Below are positions 39,701 to 48,638 of a DNA stretch of 64,000 nucleotides, in pieces. The stretch comes from Candidatus Hodarchaeota archaeon (GTDB taxonomy: Archaea > Asgardarchaeota > Lokiarchaeia > Sigyniarchaeales > SOKP01). The DNA is taken from positions 39,329-103,328 of the forward strand of contig JBHLJY010000009.1 in assembly GCA_048887225.1 (NCBI GenBank), read 5' to 3'. The first letter of the stretch is position 1; each line of letters opens with the position of its first letter. Made by a program: the position numbers and the translations under genes. The notes below the pieces were generated by a model. It worked only from the letters and a program-made list of their open reading frames with translations, searched no databases and was not told the origin of the DNA.

Positions 39701-41195
39701 CGATGTATTTATTGAAAATAATTATGCAGGGACCTATCATTGTAATAATTATTCGTTATTAATCAATGATACTGACAACAAGTTTGAGGGTTATATACTC
39801 GCTCTAAAATACTCAAAAGGACTAACTGCATTAGTAATATTAGAAAAATTTGAAAGGGAAGATTGTGTATACCTTCCAAACAAAACCACTTTTATGGCTA
39901 ATCTTTATGATAAGTATTATGTAAGTTTTTTTAATCAACATATTGAAGAATTTGAATTGAAACTCGATAGTAAATTTGATAGTATTATAATTAATCCACA
40001 AAAACCTCTCTTTGGTGAAACATTTAATTTAAGTGCTGTTTTAACAACCGAATTTGGCAGTCCTCTGCAAAACAAGGAAGTCTTATGTCAATATTATAAA
40101 GATGGTAAATGGACTAATATTTCCATACCAAAATACACCAATGTAAATGGCTCTATAAGTTTTGAGGTCGATTCTTTGACACTTGAGTTTGAAGAAAGTT
40201 TGGTTATGAGGCTAAGTTGGACAGGAGATATTTACACCTTAAACAATTCTCAAGTGATACCAATTGATATTATAACTCAAGTAAATGATATTTCAATAAA
40301 TAGTAAAGATGATGAGTCTATTGTTTATAGAAATAAAGATGAGGCAATTACATTTAAGTTAGAGAATAAAGGAAATTCCCTTTTGAGAATAATTGATATT
40401 GTAATAGATATAGAGGATGAAGATATAGATTATAACATAAGGGGAGAGAATGATATTATATTAAATTGGTTTACTCCAGGAGAAACTACTGAAATTATTG
40501 TTGAAATAGAGATTTCGGATACTGATTTTAGTACTTTAGATATTCGAATAACAGTTACTGCAGTAAATATCTTATCAAATGAAATCTTAGTTAAAAGTCA
40601 TACTATAACCGTAGATGTTGTTGATAAAACAATAGCTGATCTATTCATCGAGTTTTTCATTATTCTTATGGTGGGGATAATTGTATTTATTAGCTTTTTA
40701 GCCTATTTTTATGCTAAAAAGACAATCAAAAAGACTGAGATAATTTCAAAAGAACCCACTAAAAGACCAAGGAGAGGAAGATACGTTAAAGTTTCTGAAT
40801 TGGTAACAGAGGAACTTGAAAAACCGACTATAGAGGCAGAAAAAGTTGAAGGTGAACCAAGAGAGATTATTACTGAAGAAAAAATTAAACCTAAGGAAAT
40901 CGAAAAGATAAAAACTACAGATTTAGATACTTTATTAGAAGAAGAAATTGTCAAAAAAGAACCATCGAAGAAGACGAAAAAATTACCTAAAAAGGTTAAA
41001 AAGCCATCAAAAAAACCAAGAAAAGTTACTCCTAAACAAAAACCGCCTAAAAAATTAAAAAAACTGAAAGAGGCTAAAAAAGAGAAAACAATACTTAAGA
41101 AAACAAAAAAGGTCGAATCAAAAAGAGTTAAAAAGAAAAAAACAACAGATCTAGATGATTTATTAAAAGAGAAGGGGCTTGACGAATCAAAATAG
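36708..41195 (+). CDS. Large secreted, single-pass cell-surface glycoprotein with Lys-rich cytoplasmic tail
   Basis: N-terminal hydrophobic signal, many N-x-S/T sequons, beta-rich body, TM FFIILMVGIIVFISFLAYFY and charged tail. Confidence 0.85.
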   Translation: MILHKKEIKQILLTITLIILIIVSNFPRINEINPQSDDINNQNLVYNEKSEIPNISGIKEVSDYINGTGINQTVRIYANNQSRLTNQEKYFEFPPPDSNTNLSHGDFYFNFGNNFTTDYVIEDDNALSPFGGEYYEKYILDEITSYIQVHNGSEYPNNGYRQFITGAIQSFNISANNGLANFTIYTEFKNDLIINPFTPINFLRENIIGFILNLACNVNKSVNVTIYMKSFYYPDAGEFIRVTDTFELNSTLNPQDIDRLIVNQNLKFINTSGWCHILFVLNRTDASEFNITIDEFDFNSFLVTELPISDQKHIALEFDLRGKNTTINGFYAWIRTLNLTEAKNVTLTVSLYYATDTIGRTQENLNWDGSTDIEPKITTGLIYSKNWTYNDYHGDKLFYFNFDSSQTSDLKRYNYFIVIKSNHSDEDIHSLVCLPRGAYGDGVEGWDHLTLKSDDGGTNWILATWENEPLLYQLDVSQFKLNITRGYVPQDFKADGTITLKIQNHIIEDVSDLIEIITGQTAEDRDVPVLTWGIGRWNNYFTPSLEIYKTGYFRVNLTWNATITGIKGFKFDVNYTVEVFRNDTIPSFYNAIYNELPEWIFNYTLNLYDSIFNNWNFTQFWFIYPNYFNAYNLAIPNSTQVYNKTGREFSFAERPNYKKFVVNSSIINPLDKANYTGTYSLNLTSLNAIIDDTFMHSYINFKGMLWETRGFMYGDNISVSLDIQDHTGLAPLNGRANVSLFYPNGTKFPNADLYSENGKISIDKTILTYRFNNDTILELTKNIPLETDFSDGDHYSLGFFWSNSSIIGCAKIDIYIFIYDINLSRCVFEPEDNINRLDGRILNEFPEDYSLLIASINETTGYNNPNFYPINKSINQIDGTFTYNFKGKNFQVYMNNFLQNESILNPKEKMKIKVVIQNLFIFDLDVKINVKLVSLAKEEWVIAENASITKKIGMNGLPNGGDTEEFNIELTIPEFNTTDLTWKGVNAPVRQGGVKTIVDVFIENNYAGTYHCNNYSLLINDTDNKFEGYILALKYSKGLTALVILEKFEREDCVYLPNKTTFMANLYDKYYVSFFNQHIEEFELKLDSKFDSIIINPQKPLFGETFNLSAVLTTEFGSPLQNKEVLCQYYKDGKWTNISIPKYTNVNGSISFEVDSLTLEFEESLVMRLSWTGDIYTLNNSQVIPIDIITQVNDISINSKDDESIVYRNKDEAITFKLENKGNSLLRIIDIVIDIEDEDIDYNIRGENDIILNWFTPGETTEIIVEIEISDTDFSTLDIRITVTAVNILSNEILVKSHTITVDVVDKTIADLFIEFFIILMVGIIVFISFLAYFYAKKTIKKTEIISKEPTKRPRRGRYVKVSELVTEELEKPTIEAEKVEGEPREIITEEKIKPKEIEKIKTTDLDTLLEEEIVKKEPSKKTKKLPKKVKKPSKKPRKVTPKQKPPKKLKKLKEAKKEKTILKKTKKVESKRVKKKKTTDLDDLLKEKGLDESK

Positions 41196-41268
41196 CTATT
41201 TCGGTTGAAAATAACCTTAATTTATAGAATCATGTTTTATTAAAAAAAAGATATAATAAAAATATAAG

Positions 41269-41622
41269 TTAGAGATTAGAAATTGAAATCAAATTACGCT
41301 TAAGAAGACCTAAAGACGCTTTTCCATCAATTCCCGCCAGAGCAATAAGAACCATTTTTTCAGAGCCTACTAAGACAGCAAAACCATTTTCTAATTCTAT
41401 AGTTGTGTTTTTCAAACCTCCCTTCTCAACATCTTTACCTAATGTATTTGAATCTTTAATAATAGCAGTACAAGACTTTGCGATTTTTTCGTGATCCATT
41501 TCAGTAATAGTCTGACCAACAATTACCTTACCATCTTTGGCATTTGCAGCAATTAAACCTTCACATTCAGGAACAATATCCATTAACTCTGCCAGCTTTT
41601 TCTCAATTATTTCTTTACTCAT
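41269..41622 (-). CDS. Roadblock/LC7 (MglB/LAMTOR-like) domain protein
   Basis: Helix, EGLIAAN..GKVIV, helix, then TTIELENGFAVLV; ends LGLLKRNL. Confidence 0.8.
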   Translation of the reverse strand: MSKEIIEKKLAELMDIVPECEGLIAANAKDGKVIVGQTITEMDHEKIAKSCTAIIKDSNTLGKDVEKGGLKNTTIELENGFAVLVGSEKMVLIALAGIDGKASLGLLKRNLISISNL

Positions 41623-41781
41623 CGGAACACTTCTCTTTAAATTATTTTCTTAAGATTGTGAAGAAATTATCTTAAATATATATATCTTTATGTAAAAATA
41701 AATTTAAACTTTTTAATATATTCAAGAACCGAATAATGATATATTTAAATTGAAAAAAGGATTGTTAAAAAAATATCAATT

Positions 41782-42066
41782 TTATTTTAAGATTATTAAA
41801 ATTAACTGCTCTTCGAGGGCAATCATCACCTCGCCTTTTGAAGTTTCTAATCTTATAAATTTTAGGGATCCCTCCTTTAACGCATCAACACATTGACGAG
41901 ATTTGCCAATTAATGATGTTATATAGGCCGATACTTCCTCTGTTTGATCTATTGGAAGGTTAGCTTTTATCGGCAAGCCACTAGAATCACATATAATTAC
42001 TCCACGAACACCCTCTTTCTCCTCAAACCTTCTTATGATGGCTTTTACTTCTGCTGTATCAATCAT
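41782..42066 (-). CDS. Roadblock/LC7 protein, dynein light chain roadblock-like
   Basis: AEV..IIRRF..KEGVRGVIICDSSGLPIKA...LKFIRLETSKGEVMIA. ATG 42066 follows GTGA RBS. Confidence 0.9.
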   Translation of the reverse strand: MIDTAEVKAIIRRFEEKEGVRGVIICDSSGLPIKANLPIDQTEEVSAYITSLIGKSRQCVDALKEGSLKFIRLETSKGEVMIALEEQLILIILK

Positions 42067-42299
42067 ATAATTCACTTTTTTGTTCTGTTAAAAAATATGT
42101 CTTTATTTAATAAATAATATAAATTTAATATTTAAAAAAATGTGTATTAATTCGTTTTTAATTTAAATTTTTATTTTTTTTATTTAAATTAGATATTACA
42201 TGGATATTACGACAATTAAAATTTACTCCAAATAAAATTTCTTCTATATTGTAATATTATATTCTAAAAAATAACGTTTAAGATAAAATAATTTTATGT

Positions 42300-43259
42300 A
42301 TGATACAACTCAATAATGATTTAGATTCTAGCTTAAGAAAAGATGTTGAAAATCGTTTTTCTCAAGTAAACTATTTACAATCTAATAGTTATAGCCCACT
42401 TTTAAATTATCAAGCCTTAGTTAAAAGTATTAGGCGTGATGTATGGAGTTATGAGCTTAAATCTATGCTACGTGGTTTTATAAATGACATTCATGAGCTA
42501 AAACAAAATTTAAAATTTAAAGTAAGCGGGAAAATTTTAGGATCATCTACATATGTACTTAAAACTAAAACTAATACGATTATCAACACATCACTAGAAA
42601 CTCAGGACGATATTAAGGAAGCTCAAGCAATTGAATCGAAAGAAAATGATGATAATTTGTTTGAATCCTATGATGAAGAAGGAGAATTATTTGATGCATT
42701 TGTCGAATTAGAATCTGAAAATTTATTATCGGAAGAACAGAAGGTTTTATTAAAGGAAGAGAAAATTAAAAGGGCATTAAACCTTGATGTTTCTGAATTA
42801 AATCATAAAATAAGAAATAAAACTAATCGATTAAATAATCCACCAAAACTAATTTATAAAAAAGTAGAGCTAAAAGATCTTGCTGATGCCTTAAACGATG
42901 TTTTAAAAAGAAAAAGTACAAATATAAAGAAAAAAAAAAAATTAATTGATAGTTCAAAATTACCTTATTTGCCTGAGAAATTTATTGCTAATCAGGAAAA
43001 AAAAAGAGCAAATTTTGAAAATAGAATAAAGATTTTCTATGAAACTCTTAAAAACCAATATGAAGGAGAACCAATTCAATTTTTAAGGTTAGTAAGTCAA
43101 CCAACGCCAAGAGCTCTTGTTGAAACTTTACTTTGCGTGTTGCATTTAATAAACCATAAAAAAATTGAACTTTGGAAGCAATATAATGAAGAAAATGGAA
43201 AATTAAAAGAAAATTTCTCAGAAAACAGTGGTCAGAATTTATTTTTAAGTCCCATCTGA
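42300..43259 (+). CDS. Kleisin, ScpA-like (SMC complex subunit)
   Basis: N-terminal DVWSYEL..FKVSGKILGSSTYVLKTKT; acidic linker; C-terminal F..LV..LVETLLCVLHLINHKKIELWKQ. Confidence 0.7.
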   Translation: MIQLNNDLDSSLRKDVENRFSQVNYLQSNSYSPLLNYQALVKSIRRDVWSYELKSMLRGFINDIHELKQNLKFKVSGKILGSSTYVLKTKTNTIINTSLETQDDIKEAQAIESKENDDNLFESYDEEGELFDAFVELESENLLSEEQKVLLKEEKIKRALNLDVSELNHKIRNKTNRLNNPPKLIYKKVELKDLADALNDVLKRKSTNIKKKKKLIDSSKLPYLPEKFIANQEKKRANFENRIKIFYETLKNQYEGEPIQFLRLVSQPTPRALVETLLCVLHLINHKKIELWKQYNEENGKLKENFSENSGQNLFLSPI

Positions 43260-43290
43260 ATTTTCAATATTTTTTGGATAAAATTATTTT

Positions 43291-43926
43291 CTATAAGAAA
43301 TAGTTTTTGAAAAGATTTAATTTACGTTCTTCTCCGATTGAAGTATTTCTCATATGCCCTGGAAATATGATAAAATTATCTGAAAATTCAGCATTGTACA
43401 TAATTTTATTTTTTATACTAGAAAACAATTGATTTTGATTTCCTCCGCCCATATCAGACCTACCTACGCTTCTACAGAATATTAAATCTCCTGTAAATAT
43501 AATTCCATCAATTTTTTGACCATCAAATTCTTTTACATTTTTAGAGTAATAGCTTAAACTTCCAGGGCTATGTCCTGGCGTTTCCAAAACGTGAAGCGTG
43601 ATTTCACCTATTTTTATAAAATCGCCTTCGGATAGCCATTCGTTGGCTTTTTTGCGTGAAGCGACTTCGCCTGAATCTAATTCTTTTTTATTGTACATTA
43701 ATGGTATTTTATAATATCTAATAATCTTCCCCACTTGCATAGTATGGTCGAAATGAGAATGAGTTAAGAGAACTGCGATTGGTTTTACTCCAATATCTTC
43801 TACTGCTTTAATAATATTATCACCTTCCGCCCCAGGATCGATAATAACAACTTCTTTGGTTTTCTCTGACCCAAAGATATAGCAATTTGTTCCAAACGGC
43901 CCTACAATTAGTTTTTTTAAAATCAT
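43291..43926 (-). CDS. MBL-fold hydrolase (glyoxalase II-like)
   Basis: THSHFDH, TPGHSPG, FTGD and PGH. Confidence 0.92.
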   Translation of the reverse strand: MILKKLIVGPFGTNCYIFGSEKTKEVVIIDPGAEGDNIIKAVEDIGVKPIAVLLTHSHFDHTMQVGKIIRYYKIPLMYNKKELDSGEVASRKKANEWLSEGDFIKIGEITLHVLETPGHSPGSLSYYSKNVKEFDGQKIDGIIFTGDLIFCRSVGRSDMGGGNQNQLFSSIKNKIMYNAEFSDNFIIFPGHMRNTSIGEERKLNLFKNYFL

Positions 43927-44037
43927 AATACAAATAATCCTAGATGGGCAATAAATAATTTATATAAAAAACTGAAATTATTTAAGAGAAATTATAAAAT
44001 AAAAAGAGTATAAAAATAAAAGATTTTTTTATATACT

Positions 44038-44328
44038 TTATGCTTGATCGCCAATTAAATCGTTTATCTCAATTAATTTATTATAGACTTGCAGCCCCTT
44101 TTTTGTGAGCCGTATATGCTTCTTTTTATTAGTCTTCTCAATTGAGATTAAACCTTTTTTGATTAAATCCTCTTTAATCCGAAAAAAAGAATTATAATAG
44201 CTGAATTTATTTAATTCATTGTAAAAAGTATGTTTATCTGTTTTGTGGTTCTTAAACTGCATAAGCACTTGAAACGTGTCTCGAAATCCTTTTTTTTTTA
44301 AGAAACTTATTAAATCGTTTAAAATCAA
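44038..44328 (-). CDS. Small winged-helix DNA-binding protein
   Basis: LIKKGLISIE...IRLTKKG wing motif. Confidence 0.75.
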   Translation of the reverse strand: MILNDLISFLKKKGFRDTFQVLMQFKNHKTDKHTFYNELNKFSYYNSFFRIKEDLIKKGLISIEKTNKKKHIRLTKKGLQVYNKLIEINDLIGDQA

Positions 44329-44419
44329 TATCCCATACCTTTTTAAATGGTAATTTGAAGTTTTACTAATTAGTATTAAAAAAATTATAACTATTAAAAA
44401 AGCTTACTATAATACATTA

Positions 44420-44471
44420 AAGGTTTTTTGACAGAAATATCAATTAATTATAAGGTTTTTTGACAGAAATA
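44420..44471. repeat. Perfect 20-bp direct repeat AAGGTTTTTTGACAGAAATA x2 (32-bp period)
   Basis: Copies at 44420-44439 and 44452-44471. Confidence 0.9.
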
Positions 44472-44540
44472 ACTAAAACATTAAATATTTCAATTTCTAT
44501 TATTTGAACTAATAAGAATTCTAAAAGATTTTTGATTAAA

Positions 44541-44900
44541 ATGGGAAAAGAAAAAGAGAAAGATAAGAAAGACAAACATAAAAAAGAAAAAAATAAAAAG
44601 GATAAGGATAAGAAGGAAAAGGAGAAAAAAGAGAAAGAAAAAAAGGAAAAAGAGAAGAAAGATAAAAAGGATAAAGACAAAGGAATGCCTGATCAAGAGT
44701 GGAAAATTACAATAAGTAAGAATCTTGACGTTGTAATAGGTGCTTATCAGAAAATTGTTAAAATTTTTCAAGATATTGATAATTATATTTTGAAGGATGC
44801 TAAAAATATAGAAGAATTTAAAGAAAAAGTACAAAAAATAGTAGCGGATTTACCAGAAAATCAAAAAGAGGCATTTATAGCTTTTCTTAATGCAATTTAA
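44541..44900 (+). CDS. Small protein with K/E/D low-complexity N-terminus and helical C-terminal domain
   Basis: ATG 44541; about 47 aa almost entirely K/E/D, then an ordinary amphipathic domain; followed by a T-run. Confidence 0.7.
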   Translation: MGKEKEKDKKDKHKKEKNKKDKDKKEKEKKEKEKKEKEKKDKKDKDKGMPDQEWKITISKNLDVVIGAYQKIVKIFQDIDNYILKDAKNIEEFKEKVQKIVADLPENQKEAFIAFLNAI

Positions 44901-44913
44901 TTTTTTTTTTTTT
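44901..44913 (+). terminator. Oligo-T archaeal-type terminator candidate
   Basis: 13 consecutive T directly after the stop codon at 44900. Confidence 0.5.
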
Positions 44914-44943
44914 AAAATATACTTATGAATATTTTGGAAAACC

Positions 44944-45672
44944 TTGAATTTGCTAAAATATTTTGAAATAAGAGAAGGTATTGTTCCAATTATTTTATCA
45001 TGCCCACATGGGGGATATTTGAGACCAAACAAGATACCTGATAAATTAAAAGGTGTTCAAATTGCGGATAAGAACAAATTTCTTATTTCAAAAAGAATAA
45101 TTCAACTACTAAATCAGAAGTTTGATATTCAGATTTATTATATTTTAAGCAAAATCCATAGGAGTAAAGTAGATTTTAATAGACCACCACGGGCTTTTTC
45201 TGCATTCAACCACAGTTCAATTGAGGCAAAAAAAATTCATCATTTATATCACGAATACATCCAAAAATTTTATCAAGAATGCCTTTCCAATTTTAACAGA
45301 TGTTTATTTATTGATTTACATGGTTTTACTAAGCCACATGAAGAATATCCTGACATAATTTTTGGAAATTTATTTGGAACTACATTAAAAATAATATATG
45401 ATTCCAAACACCGAAATATTAAAAAATATTGGGGATTTACTGAATTGGTCGAATCGCTCTCAAAAAATTTTACTTTGGATGATGGATTAGGAATGACTGA
45501 ATTTAATCTTGGTTATAGTGGGGGATATATCACCCATAAATTTTATAAAAGAAATCTATCAAACGCTTTTCAAATCGAAATCTCTAAACATATCAGAGAA
45601 ACAAGACTATTGACTAAGAATTTTATAAGTGGATTTGTTACTGCTATAACAAACTGTTTAAAAGATAAATAG
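44944..45672 (+). CDS. N-formylglutamate amidohydrolase-like Zn hydrolase
   Basis: LSCPHGG, HRSKVDFNR, IDLHGF, YSGGYIT and FQIEI. Confidence 0.82.
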   Translation: MNLLKYFEIREGIVPIILSCPHGGYLRPNKIPDKLKGVQIADKNKFLISKRIIQLLNQKFDIQIYYILSKIHRSKVDFNRPPRAFSAFNHSSIEAKKIHHLYHEYIQKFYQECLSNFNRCLFIDLHGFTKPHEEYPDIIFGNLFGTTLKIIYDSKHRNIKKYWGFTELVESLSKNFTLDDGLGMTEFNLGYSGGYITHKFYKRNLSNAFQIEISKHIRETRLLTKNFISGFVTAITNCLKDK

Positions 45673-45681
45673 TATTAATAA

Positions 45682-46479
45682 ATGATTATGAAATTAAAAG
45701 TAGCTTTAGTCCAAATGGAAATTTGGGATGGTGAAAAGGAAAAAAACTTAACGAATGCTCTAAATATTCTAAATTCGTTATTAAAGTCAGAAAATTGTCC
45801 TGATATTGTGTGTTTCCCTGAATTGTTTACAACTGGATATGACCTCAATAATGTAAAAAAATATGCAGAAACAATTCCAGGGAAAACTGTTGAAGAACTC
45901 ACTAAAATTTCAAAAGGCAAATTTGTTGTGATAGGAACAATCTTGGAAGTTGAAAATGATAATTATTACAATTCCGCATTTATTATTAATAAAAAAGGTA
46001 GTTTAATTGGAAAATATAGAAAAACGCACCTCTTTGCTCCATTATTAGAAACAGACTTTTTAACGCCAGGAAATAAAATCTCAATTTTTACCTTACCTGA
46101 ATCAAATAATTTAAAAATCGGTGTTGCTATCTGCTACGATTTACGTTTTCCAGAAATATTTAGAAAAATGGCATTACTGGGAGCTCAAATTATCTTTATT
46201 CCATCAGAATTTCCAAGTCCAAAAAAAAAAATATGGAAAACACTTCTACACGCAAGAGCAATAGAAAATCAAATATACGTTATTGGAATTAACCGCATAG
46301 GAAAAGGTACCTCTGGCGAGTATTTTGGTTATTCGCTTGTGTCAAACGGTGAATATCTAGAACACTTAGACAATATACCTGAAACAAGAGTTTTTTCTAT
46401 AGATTTAAATTCACTTGGTCCAATAAGAAAAGAAATTGAACTTTTAAAGGACCGTAGAACTGATTTATACAATATATAA
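45682..46479 (+). CDS. Carbon-nitrogen hydrolase (nitrilase/omega-amidase family)
   Basis: E-K-C triad in FPELF, YRKTHLF and ICYDLRFPE. Confidence 0.93.
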   Translation: MIMKLKVALVQMEIWDGEKEKNLTNALNILNSLLKSENCPDIVCFPELFTTGYDLNNVKKYAETIPGKTVEELTKISKGKFVVIGTILEVENDNYYNSAFIINKKGSLIGKYRKTHLFAPLLETDFLTPGNKISIFTLPESNNLKIGVAICYDLRFPEIFRKMALLGAQIIFIPSEFPSPKKKIWKTLLHARAIENQIYVIGINRIGKGTSGEYFGYSLVSNGEYLEHLDNIPETRVFSIDLNSLGPIRKEIELLKDRRTDLYNI

Positions 46480-46484
46480 GAAAA

Positions 46485-48350
46485 TTAAATAGTCCAAGTT
46501 TTAAAAAAGTTAGATACTGTTTCACATGCCTGTTTAGGGGTATCATTAAGCCGTATTAATCCGAATCCTTTTTCTTCATGATCTTTCCATTCATGGATGA
46601 TTACACCGTTAACAAAGATATCCTTTTTCAACAGTTTAAATACTTTAGAGAACGCTTGCGCTTGTGCAGTTTCATCATATTTGAATTTATTAAAATCTTT
46701 ATGATATTGGACTGGCATTGGTCCTATATTAATCGGATTGGAGACCGTTTGAAAGCCCAGTTCTGAGACAATGACGGGTTTTTTAAAGGTCTTAAGATAT
46801 TGGATGTTTTGTCGAAATAGATGCGAAGCACGACTGTAGGGACTGCCTTTTAAAATTTTAAGGATTAGCCTAGGCAAATTTTCAATGAATTCTATAAATA
46901 AATCACTAAAATAGAGGTTGCAACAAATGACATCGAAGTGCTTCCAAGGGACACTTCGAATTTCCCATGCACCAGCAGCATAGGAAACCATCCCATCATA
47001 GTGATCTCTTACTTTTTTAGATAATTTTTCTAGATAAGAGGTGATTTTATGATTTTCTTTTCCGAACTTGCCTAATTTGGTAATCCGGGTTGCACCAATC
47101 CCTGGAATCATTTCTAAAAAGGAAGGTGTAAATTGCATGAAAAATTCTGGATTGAATCTTTCTATGTGGCCGGATTTATCATCACTCAATTCCAGAGTGA
47201 GCTCATTTCCAATACAAAATATATCAACACCAACCATTTGTGCCCTTTGCGCGTGATCCAAGCAAAAATCTTCAAACTCATCATAAGTAAGTGAGCTATC
47301 TAGCTGAGGTTTATCAAGCCCCCTGGGATAAACATATTTTGGATTTAAAATTACATTCAATCCTAATTCTTTTGCTATTGAAGCAAATTCATATGCCTTA
47401 GTTTTGGGGCGCATGGCATCAAGCCTGATTGTGTTAATGTTCATTGTATGTACTATTTGCTGAAGTTCGTTTTGAAATTCTTGAGGTGTTTTTGGATTCC
47501 ATCCCAATGATTCATGCTGGAAATGAATTCCTTTAAAAAGACCATAGATCCCAGCAAAAGCATTGATCCTTTTTAAACCCTTTCTAAATAAGATATCAAT
47601 AAATCCTGGGAGCATATGAAAAGGTCTCGCACTCCAACCAAATAGTTCAAGAACGCTGGTCTTTCTTTGTTTCAATGCTTTTAGTATCTCATCAATATTG
47701 TGAATATCTCCAATATCAGGACCGATTAAATTGAAATATCGACCAATTTGATGGACTGAATGGGCATCGTCTGCTCCTAAAACGAACATCTGTGGATGCA
47801 ATTTCAAAAGGTCAGAACACATATAATTGAGGAAGGGGGGAAGATCTGCATGAAAAAATTCAATTCCATCAAAATTGAAGTTTTTGATTTGCGATTTTTT
47901 CAGCCCTCCGAAAGTTCTGAAGATCCCTTCACCAGGGTGGAATGGGTGGGCGATAACTGCTAACCCTCCCTGTTCATGGACATTTTCGATAATTTGTTTT
48001 ATAGGTAATTTATCTTTTCCCTCGACAAGGATTTGAGTTTGTAATCCATAAGCGAGAACATCACCATAAAAGCTATCTATTTCTTCAGCACAAACATAGC
48101 CACATTCAGGGTACTTATCCTGAATATAGGCTTTTGCATGCTTTGCAACCCTCATATTGTTGTGATCAGTTAATGCAATAAGATTTACACCAATCTTGAC
48201 GAGTATATCGATTACTTCGCGGTATTCGGCGCCATCTGAAAAATTTGAATGATTATGTGAAGAAAAAATAATGTATCCCTCATTTTTTAATTGTTCCAGC
48301 TTTTCTGTGGAAACTCTTTTAACTTGGGGCAAATATTTTCCACTTTTCAT
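46485..48350 (-). CDS. PHP domain fused to clan GH-A glycoside hydrolase TIM barrel
   Basis: HNHSNFSDG, LTDHN, AHPF and DDAH (PHP); IGNEL and VSELGF (GH-A catalytic Glu pair). Confidence 0.8.
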   Translation of the reverse strand: MKSGKYLPQVKRVSTEKLEQLKNEGYIIFSSHNHSNFSDGAEYREVIDILVKIGVNLIALTDHNNMRVAKHAKAYIQDKYPECGYVCAEEIDSFYGDVLAYGLQTQILVEGKDKLPIKQIIENVHEQGGLAVIAHPFHPGEGIFRTFGGLKKSQIKNFNFDGIEFFHADLPPFLNYMCSDLLKLHPQMFVLGADDAHSVHQIGRYFNLIGPDIGDIHNIDEILKALKQRKTSVLELFGWSARPFHMLPGFIDILFRKGLKRINAFAGIYGLFKGIHFQHESLGWNPKTPQEFQNELQQIVHTMNINTIRLDAMRPKTKAYEFASIAKELGLNVILNPKYVYPRGLDKPQLDSSLTYDEFEDFCLDHAQRAQMVGVDIFCIGNELTLELSDDKSGHIERFNPEFFMQFTPSFLEMIPGIGATRITKLGKFGKENHKITSYLEKLSKKVRDHYDGMVSYAAGAWEIRSVPWKHFDVICCNLYFSDLFIEFIENLPRLILKILKGSPYSRASHLFRQNIQYLKTFKKPVIVSELGFQTVSNPINIGPMPVQYHKDFNKFKYDETAQAQAFSKVFKLLKKDIFVNGVIIHEWKDHEEKGFGLIRLNDTPKQACETVSNFFKTWTI

Positions 48351-48638
48351 TTTCCATCTAACCTAATTCGGATTGAAAAAGGATCATCTTTTACCAATTG
48401 TCGTCCTAAAACATCCCTTTATAAATTCCTCTAATTCTCAATTATAATTATTTTCAACTAATAATAAATAAGTGTGGTTCAATAATTTATTTTTCATTTG
48501 TCTTAAGAGCATCTTTTTAATTCTTCTTTTATTATGTAAATTCTATAAAATAAGAGTAATACTATTTAGTTAAAGACATATTAAGATTAATAAATATTAA
48601 AATTTAATAAATAATCTATAACTCAAAAAGAATTAATT

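Noticed and set aside
44420-44471. Direct repeat as a mini-CRISPR or IS/att end
   Set aside because: Only two 20-bp copies with a 12-bp spacer, and no cas, transposase or integrase gene in the window.
44444-44834. Two F/S/L-rich minus-strand ORFs that look like membrane proteins
   Set aside because: They are the reverse complement of the purine-rich K/E/D coding tract.
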